Shown: positions 58,441-64,000 of the stretch, one piece after another
Layout: each line of letters starts with the position of its first letter
Position numbering within the stretch: position 1 is the first letter of the stretch
Source of the DNA: an uncultured delta proteobacterium
Lineage (GTDB): Bacteria > Myxococcota_A > Polyangia > Palsa-1104
Length of the DNA: 64,000 bases
Direction of reading: 5' to 3'
NCBI GenBank assembly: GCA_963785725.1
Contig: CAWAWS010000005.1
Coordinates: 256,001 to 320,000 of the forward strand
Made by a program: the position numbers and the translations under genes
The notes under the pieces: model-generated
What the model saw: the letters and a program-made list of their open reading frames with translations, nothing else
Told to the model about the DNA's origin: nothing
Database searches by the model: none

Positions 58441-58830
58441 CTACGGCGCGTAGGCGTATTCGAGCTTGATGCCGTCGGGATCGCCGAAGAAGAGCGCGTA
58501 ATAACCCGGCGAATACGGATATTCGGCGGGCGCGTTCAAGATCGTGAAGCCATGCGCCACGACGTCTTTGGCGAGCGCGTCGACGGCCGCGCGACTGGGC
58601 GCCGCGAACGCCAGCTCGCACAATCCGACGCGATCTTTACTGAAGCGATCGCTCGAGTATCGCGGATCTTCGGGCCGAATCCACACCCGGCCCTGCGGCG
58701 ACGACCAGCCGCTGAAGTCGCCGAAGTCCTGCCGCTCGGTGAACCCCAGCGCCGGCAACAGCCAGCCGTACGCGGCGCGCGAGCGCTCGAGCTGCTTGAC
58801 GCACAAAATGACGTGGTGGATGGCCGACAT
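58441..58830 (-). CDS. VOC/glyoxalase family protein
   Basis: IHHVILCV, LAFAAPSRAAVD, YYALFFGDPDGIKLE. Confidence 0.85.
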   Translation of the reverse strand: MSAIHHVILCVKQLERSRAAYGWLLPALGFTERQDFGDFSGWSSPQGRVWIRPEDPRYSSDRFSKDRVGLCELAFAAPSRAAVDALAKDVVAHGFTILNAPAEYPYSPGYYALFFGDPDGIKLEYAYAP

Positions 58831-58927
58831 GCGCGCCATCGTAGCCGGGCGACGAAAAAAACGCAGCCGTCGTGTGATGGCGGGCGGGCGCGCGGCGACC
58901 AACGGATAGAAGACACGATGGCCACCG

Positions 58928-59086
58928 ATGAATCAGCGGACTTCGTCGCGCAGCTGGCTGGCGAAGCTCTTGCGTTCGCCCCTGTTGCAGCGGCTGGCGC
59001 GCGATTTGAGCGGGCACAGCTTGCAGGCGGCGCGCGCGGCGATCGAGCGGCTGGCTACGTTCGAGCGGGAAACGACGGCGGAATGA
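58928..59086 (+). CDS. Putative small protein, 52 aa
   Basis: MNQRTSSRSWLAKLLRSPLLQRLARDLSGHSLQAARAAIERLATFERETTAE; G/C-rich third positions; fills the VOC/AI-2E gap. Confidence 0.4.
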   Translation: MNQRTSSRSWLAKLLRSPLLQRLARDLSGHSLQAARAAIERLATFERETTAE

Positions 59087-60212
59087 TCGGCCGCAACGGC
59101 TCGCCCGACGGCCGCACCAGCGTCGTCTGCTCGCTCGACGGCGCCGGCGGCTGATAGTCGCGCTCATAAATACGCAAGAGCGCGACGAACATGGCGACGA
59201 ACATGGGACCGACGAGCAGCCCGACCGCGCCGAACGCTTCGATGCCGCCGAAGACCGAGATGAGGACGAGCAGCTCGTGCAGCCGCATGTGATTGCGCAT
59301 GAGGCGCGGGCGCAGCCAATAGTCGGGACCGGCGACGACGACGAGCGCCCACCACCAGCCGAGGCCCATGCCGGCGGCGAAGTGGCCCGAGAGCATCAGC
59401 ACGAGCGCGACCGGCGCGCACACGAGGCCGGTGCCGATGGCCGGCAAGAGCGACGCCATGGCGGCGAGCGCGGCCCAGACGATCGGCTTACTGACGCCGA
59501 AGATCCAAAAGCCGAGGCCCGACAGCGTGCCTTGCACGATGGCGATGACGCCGATGCCGAGCAGCGTGCCCACGGCGACGTCGTGGAATTCGTGCATGAG
59601 CGCGCGCGTCTCGTCCTGCGGCAAGGGCACGATGCGCACGCCGAAGCGCGCCAGCTCCTGCCCTTCGAGCAGCAGATAATAGGACGTGACGGTCGTGAAG
59701 ATGATGACGCCGAAGCCGTGCGTCGTCGCCGCCAGCACGCCGCCGACGACGTCGGTCAAGTGCGCCGTCGCCGCGTGGCTGTACGCCTGCGCCTGCTTGA
59801 GCACGCTGTCGGGCGTCTGACCGAAGTGGCGCAGCATCCGGCCGACGTGCGCCGAATGCAGCCAGCTGTTGAACAGCGCCTCGTGTCGCGGCGCCACGTC
59901 GGTCAAATAGAAGAGCAGCTCTTTGACGACGAAATAGCCCATGAAGAAGACGACGCCGACGCCGATGGCGACGGTCAGAAAGCTGATGGCGGCGGCGAGC
60001 AGGCGCGGATGCTGGCCGTAGCGATTCTCGAGCTTGCGCTGCAGCGGCGAGGCGACGACGGCGAGCATGACGCCGAGAAACACCGGCACCCAGATCGGCA
60101 GCACCGTCCATAAAAAGAGCATCCCGGCGACGGCCAAGAGCACGCCGAAGGTGCGCTTTTCGAAGTGAGTCGGCTGCCTCGCGACAGGGCGCTCGAGAGT
60201 GCTCGCGGCCAT
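59055..60212 (-). CDS. AI-2E/PerM family transporter
   Basis: Multi-TM; LLPAIGTGLV, DYWLRPRL, LISVFGGIEAFGAVGLLVGP. Confidence 0.85.
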   Translation of the reverse strand: MAASTLERPVARQPTHFEKRTFGVLLAVAGMLFLWTVLPIWVPVFLGVMLAVVASPLQRKLENRYGQHPRLLAAAISFLTVAIGVGVVFFMGYFVVKELLFYLTDVAPRHEALFNSWLHSAHVGRMLRHFGQTPDSVLKQAQAYSHAATAHLTDVVGGVLAATTHGFGVIIFTTVTSYYLLLEGQELARFGVRIVPLPQDETRALMHEFHDVAVGTLLGIGVIAIVQGTLSGLGFWIFGVSKPIVWAALAAMASLLPAIGTGLVCAPVALVLMLSGHFAAGMGLGWWWALVVVAGPDYWLRPRLMRNHMRLHELLVLISVFGGIEAFGAVGLLVGPMFVAMFVALLRIYERDYQPPAPSSEQTTLVRPSGEPLRPIIPPSFPART

Positions 60213-60301
60213 CTGCTTGCCAGGACTGCAATCGTCACGCCCGCGAAATCGCCGCGAATTCACATCGGGAAACCGCCGTAAATGGAACTCGCGTTCCCGC
60301 T

Positions 60302-61771
60302 TCAGCGGCTGTCTTTGTCGTGCTCGACGAGCGGAGAGAAGAAATTGTCCTTCTTCGTATATTCGTCGACGTTGAAGCGGAACTTGAGGCTCGGCGCCGC
60401 GCGCTGATTGCAGTCGGTGCGCTCGCAAAAGCGACAGCTCACGCCGACGGGAATGGCCATCTTCGCGTCCGAGAACGGGATGTCCTGCGCGTAGGCGAGA
60501 TGGCGCGCCGCGTCCACGTGCGTGCCGAGGCCGATCGAATAGGTCGTGCCGCGCACGACCGAGCCCTGCGCCGGCTGCACGGCGACTTTGGCGAAACAGA
60601 AGAACGTCATGCCGTCCGGCATCACCGAATATTGCCGGGTAATGATCGACGGATTCAAAAACGCGTTATGCACGGCCCATTTCGCGCACGAGCCGGTGCC
60701 TTCGGGGAAGCGTAAACCGGTCGCCGAATAACGCTTCGAGATATTGCCGGCGACGTCGCAGCGAATGAAGTGCATGGGAATTCCCGGCCGTTTCGGATCG
60801 GCGAGGTTACAGACGCGATGCGCGACGGCCTCGTAGCTCATCTCGAATAGATTCGATAAGAGCTCGATGTCGTAACGCGTGCGCTCGACCTCGTTGATGA
60901 ACTCTTCGTAAGGCAAGAGCAGCGCGCCGGCGAAGTAATTGGCGAGATGGATCTTGATGAGCCGCGGCGTCTCCGCGTGCTTGGGGCCGAACGCCTTGGC
61001 CAGCCGCTCGTCGAGCTGCGACTCGTCGAGCACGCGCAAGCCGACCGTCGCCGCCAACTGAAACTTGAGCGGCTGCTCCAACAGCGTCGTCGACAAGATC
61101 AGCGAGCGCTTCTTCGGATCATAGCGGCGCACGACCGAGCCGCGCGCCGGCGCGACCAGCTCGACGCGCACTTTGCGCGCCTTCAAGATCTTCACCAGCT
61201 CGTCGGAGAGAATGCGGCGGCCGAGCTTGAAATCGACGCGAACCCGCGCCGCCTCGGCCTCGAGCTCGGCGAAGTAGTTCTTATTGACCTGCAGGAAATC
61301 GGTTACTTCATCGAGCGGCGAATATCCCAATCGCACTTTCTCGAACGACGTGTCTTGCTGCTCCTCGGCCAAGCGCGTCGACACTTGTTCCAATTGTGTA
61401 CGCGCGTTTTTGTAGAGGTTGAAGAGCGCCACCAGCGTCGCCGTGCGCTTGGGCTCGCCCGAAAAATCGACGATATCGTCGTCGGTAATGCCGAGCGAGC
61501 GCAACAGCGGCTCGTCGAGCAGCTTGGCCAGCGCGTCGGGCGCGCGCCGCTCGCCCAGCGACGCCATGAACGCTTCCATCTCCAGACCGAAATAAGAAAG
61601 CGCCTTCCACAGTAGCGGGAGCTGGACCGTGCGCTTACCCTTTTCCAGGAGATTCAAATAGGCGCCGCTGACGCCGAGCTGTCGCGCGAGGTCGGACTGC
61701 TGCAGTCCGCGCTCGAGTCGCAGCTCGCGTAAACGGCGACCGATGTTGGCGTTGTCGCGCAGTGTGGCCAT
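60302..61771 (-). CDS. ScfR family (RamB/PccR/PrpR-like) short-chain acyl-CoA XRE regulator
   Basis: HTH IGRRLRELRLERGLQQ..SGAYLNLLEKG; LANYFAGALLLPY; DVAGNISKR; C-terminal GVSCRFCERTDCNQRAAP. Confidence 0.9.
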   Translation of the reverse strand: MATLRDNANIGRRLRELRLERGLQQSDLARQLGVSGAYLNLLEKGKRTVQLPLLWKALSYFGLEMEAFMASLGERRAPDALAKLLDEPLLRSLGITDDDIVDFSGEPKRTATLVALFNLYKNARTQLEQVSTRLAEEQQDTSFEKVRLGYSPLDEVTDFLQVNKNYFAELEAEAARVRVDFKLGRRILSDELVKILKARKVRVELVAPARGSVVRRYDPKKRSLILSTTLLEQPLKFQLAATVGLRVLDESQLDERLAKAFGPKHAETPRLIKIHLANYFAGALLLPYEEFINEVERTRYDIELLSNLFEMSYEAVAHRVCNLADPKRPGIPMHFIRCDVAGNISKRYSATGLRFPEGTGSCAKWAVHNAFLNPSIITRQYSVMPDGMTFFCFAKVAVQPAQGSVVRGTTYSIGLGTHVDAARHLAYAQDIPFSDAKMAIPVGVSCRFCERTDCNQRAAPSLKFRFNVDEYTKKDNFFSPLVEHDKDSR

Positions 61772-61790
61772 CGACCAAAAGCCTCCAACA

Positions 61791-61920
61791 AATTTACAAG
61801 ATGCTTAACAACTGTAAATTCTCAATCGTTTCGCCGCAGCGCGGCATCCGAGGAGAATCATGCTCTTTTGTCCGTTGACAGCTTAACGACGGGTCCCTAA
61901 GAATTCAATCGGGTTGTTAA
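61791..61920. promoter_or_regulatory. Divergent promoter/operator region
   Basis: Inverted repeat AATTTACA-N14-TGTAAATT (61791-61820); TTGACA (61875) + 17 nt + TAAGAA; TTAAC(A/G)AC three times. Confidence 0.6.
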
Positions 61921-61960
61921 TCAGAAAACCCGTGCCGAAGGTGTACGAGGAGAGGCGCGA

Positions 61961-63121
61961 ATGCTGAAGGAAGAGCATATCCAGATCCGCGATTCGGTCC
62001 GCGAGTTCGTCGAGCGTGAAATCAAGCCGATCGCCGATGAGCTGGACAACGCCGAGAAAGAAATTCCCATGCCCATCATCGGCAAGATGGCCGAGCTCGG
62101 TTATTTCGGGCTCATCTTCCCCGCCGAATATGGCGGAATGGGCCTCGACTCGTTATCGATGGCGATCGTGACCGAGGAGCTCTCGCGCGGCTGGCTGTCG
62201 GTGGGCTCGGTGATGACGCGCATGATCATCACCGGCACGCTTATCATGGCCAACGGCACCGAAGAGCAAAAGCAGAGCTTTCTGCCGAAGATCGCCTCGG
62301 GCGAGATGCTCACCGCGGCGGCGTTCACCGAGCCGGACGTCGGCAGCGACACCGCGTCGATGAAGCTGCGCGCCAATCTAGAAGGCGATCAATACAAGCT
62401 TCACGGCGAAAAGACGTGGTGTACGTTCGCCAATCGCGCGCACGTCTTGACCGTCTTGGCGCGCACCAATCCCGATATCAAACCGCTGCATAAAGGGCTC
62501 TCGATCTTGTTGGTCGAAAAGACGCCCGGCGACGGCTTCGCGCCGCCGGAATTGGGTGGCAGCCCGATTCCGACCATCGGCTACAAAGGCATGAAGTCTT
62601 ATTCGTTGGGATTCGACGGCTATCCGTGTCCCAAAGAAAACCTGCTCGGCGGCGAAGAGGGCAAGGGCTTTTACCAGCTGATGGCCACTTACGAATACGC
62701 GCGCATTCAAACGGCGGCGCGCGCGGTCGGCACGGCGCAGGCGTCTTATGAAGCGGCGCTGAAGTATGCGCAAGAGCGCGTGCAGTTCGGCCATCCCATC
62801 GGCGATTTCCAGGTCATTCGTCATAAGCTGGCGCACGCGGCCGTAGAGATCGAAGCGGCGCGTCAGCTCACTTATTACGCCTGCGAGAAGAAGGATTCGG
62901 GCGCGCGCTCCGACCTCGAAGCCGGCATGGCCAAGGTGTTCGCCGCCGAGATGGCCGAGCGCGTGACGTCGGAGATGATGCAGGTGTTCGGCGGATATGG
63001 TTATTCGCGCGAATATCCGGCGCAGCGTTATTGGCGCGATGCGCGCGTCTTCCGCATCTTCGAAGGCACCAGCGAGATCCAATACGAGGTCATTGCCAAG
63101 CGTTTGTTGGGCGGCAAATGA
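61961..63121 (+). CDS. Acyl-CoA dehydrogenase, methylsuccinyl-CoA dehydrogenase-like
   Basis: EELSRGWLSVGS, FTEPDVGSD, IGYKGMKSY, GFYQLMATYEYARIQTAARAVG, IFEGTSEIQ. Confidence 0.8.
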   Translation: MLKEEHIQIRDSVREFVEREIKPIADELDNAEKEIPMPIIGKMAELGYFGLIFPAEYGGMGLDSLSMAIVTEELSRGWLSVGSVMTRMIITGTLIMANGTEEQKQSFLPKIASGEMLTAAAFTEPDVGSDTASMKLRANLEGDQYKLHGEKTWCTFANRAHVLTVLARTNPDIKPLHKGLSILLVEKTPGDGFAPPELGGSPIPTIGYKGMKSYSLGFDGYPCPKENLLGGEEGKGFYQLMATYEYARIQTAARAVGTAQASYEAALKYAQERVQFGHPIGDFQVIRHKLAHAAVEIEAARQLTYYACEKKDSGARSDLEAGMAKVFAAEMAERVTSEMMQVFGGYGYSREYPAQRYWRDARVFRIFEGTSEIQYEVIAKRLLGGK

Positions 63122-64000
63122 GCGACGTTTCCAAACCGATTGAATGGCGTTATGGCCGGTTATTATCCGACTTCAAGCCGGGCGAAACCTACGAGCATCC
63201 GTGGCAAGTCACCATCGACGGCGGCACGATCGCGCTCTTCCAAGCGTCGTTTCTCGACGCCACGCCGATGTATTCGTCGGCCGTCTTCGCGCGCTCGCTC
63301 GGGTTGAAAGATCGGCCGCTGCATCCGCTGCTCTGCTTGAACTTGGGCTTGTCGTTCTCGGTTCACGACGTGTCCGAGCAGGCGATCGCGCATTTGGCCT
63401 ATATCGACGTCCGCTTTCCCGAGGCGGGATATGCCGGCGACACCGTGCACGCGTCGTCGACGGTGCTCGACGTCAAGCCCTCTTCGGCGGGCGACAAAGG
63501 CGTCGTACACGTGCGTACGGTCTTGTGGAACGAGCACGACCACGTCTTGTGCGCGTTCGAGCGCAAAGCGCTCATTCGCGCCGGCAAGCTCGACTCGCGG
63601 CCGAGCTGGGAGCCGATTTCCTACATCGACACGCCGCGCGTGCAGGACTTTCCGGCGGTGCCGAAAGAGCTCGTCGACGGCGGCGAGGTCGGCTTCGGCC
63701 CGTTCGCCGAGGACTTCAAAGTCGGCCAAGTGTTCACGCACGCCATCGGCAAGACGGTCGGCGAGTCGGAGCATATGCAGCTGACGGCGCTGGTGCGTAA
63801 CTCGCATCCGCTGCACTTCGACGAGATCTATTGCAAAGACAACTCGTTTACGAAGCAGCGCGTCGTCTATGGCGGGCTCGTGCTGTCGTGGGTGGCGACG
63901 CTGTCGTCGCGCGACTTGTGCGGGCAGGCGGTGTGGGAAGCGGGCCTCGACGCCGGCGCGCATCCCAACGGCGTCGTCGGTGGCGATACGCTCTATGCGG
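63118..64000 (+). CDS. Double hot-dog MaoC dehydratase, mesaconyl-CoA hydratase-like (runs off the window)
   Basis: Not in the ORF track; ATGA overlap; YGRLLSDF..VHDVSEQAIAHLAY..GDTVHASSTVL..KGVVHVRT, second domain RNSHPLHFD. Confidence 0.75.
   Translation, partial: MSDVSKPIEWRYGRLLSDFKPGETYEHPWQVTIDGGTIALFQASFLDATPMYSSAVFARSLGLKDRPLHPLLCLNLGLSFSVHDVSEQAIAHLAYIDVRFPEAGYAGDTVHASSTVLDVKPSSAGDKGVVHVRTVLWNEHDHVLCAFERKALIRAGKLDSRPSWEPISYIDTPRVQDFPAVPKELVDGGEVGFGPFAEDFKVGQVFTHAIGKTVGESEHMQLTALVRNSHPLHFDEIYCKDNSFTKQRVVYGGLVLSWVATLSSRDLCGQAVWEAGLDAGAHPNGVVGGDTLYA

Overview
High-GC (~70% by eye) chromosomal window whose gene content points to Myxococcota/Polyangia (MYXO-CTERM-like tail, Cys-rich CGNG repeat, many TPR, histidine kinase and sigma54 genes). 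Left to right: (i) housekeeping/envelope run purF-prfB-lysS-lolC/E-lolD-bamA on the minus strand, with the canonical prfB +1 frameshift site and a DnaA-box cluster in front of lysS; (ii) amidohydrolase, CxxCxxCC protein, TPR-cNMP protein, ArfB-like factor and a DUF4091/GH123-like hydrolase; (iii) a minus-strand block TPR protein - NHL lipoprotein - PDZ sensor kinase - TamB - TamA/Omp85 - sigma54 response regulator, with an in-frame 3x48-bp hairpin repeat inside the kinase; (iv) polA, signalling genes, yfgM-bamB, PilZ and a decayed flavin monooxygenase; (v) a starch/maltodextrin locus (LamB-like porin, two GH13 lipoproteins, MalK, fused MalE-MalF, MalG, GH15-like enzyme); (vi) an AT-richer ScfR-family regulator divergent from mcd- and mch-like genes of the ethylmalonyl-CoA pathway. 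Many starts have a TANNNT box 6-7 nt upstream and no Shine-Dalgarno, suggesting leaderless mRNAs. Clustered indels in essential genes are most likely sequencing/assembly errors. No rRNA, tRNA, CRISPR array or transposase was seen. All product calls come from motif recognition by eye, not database searches.
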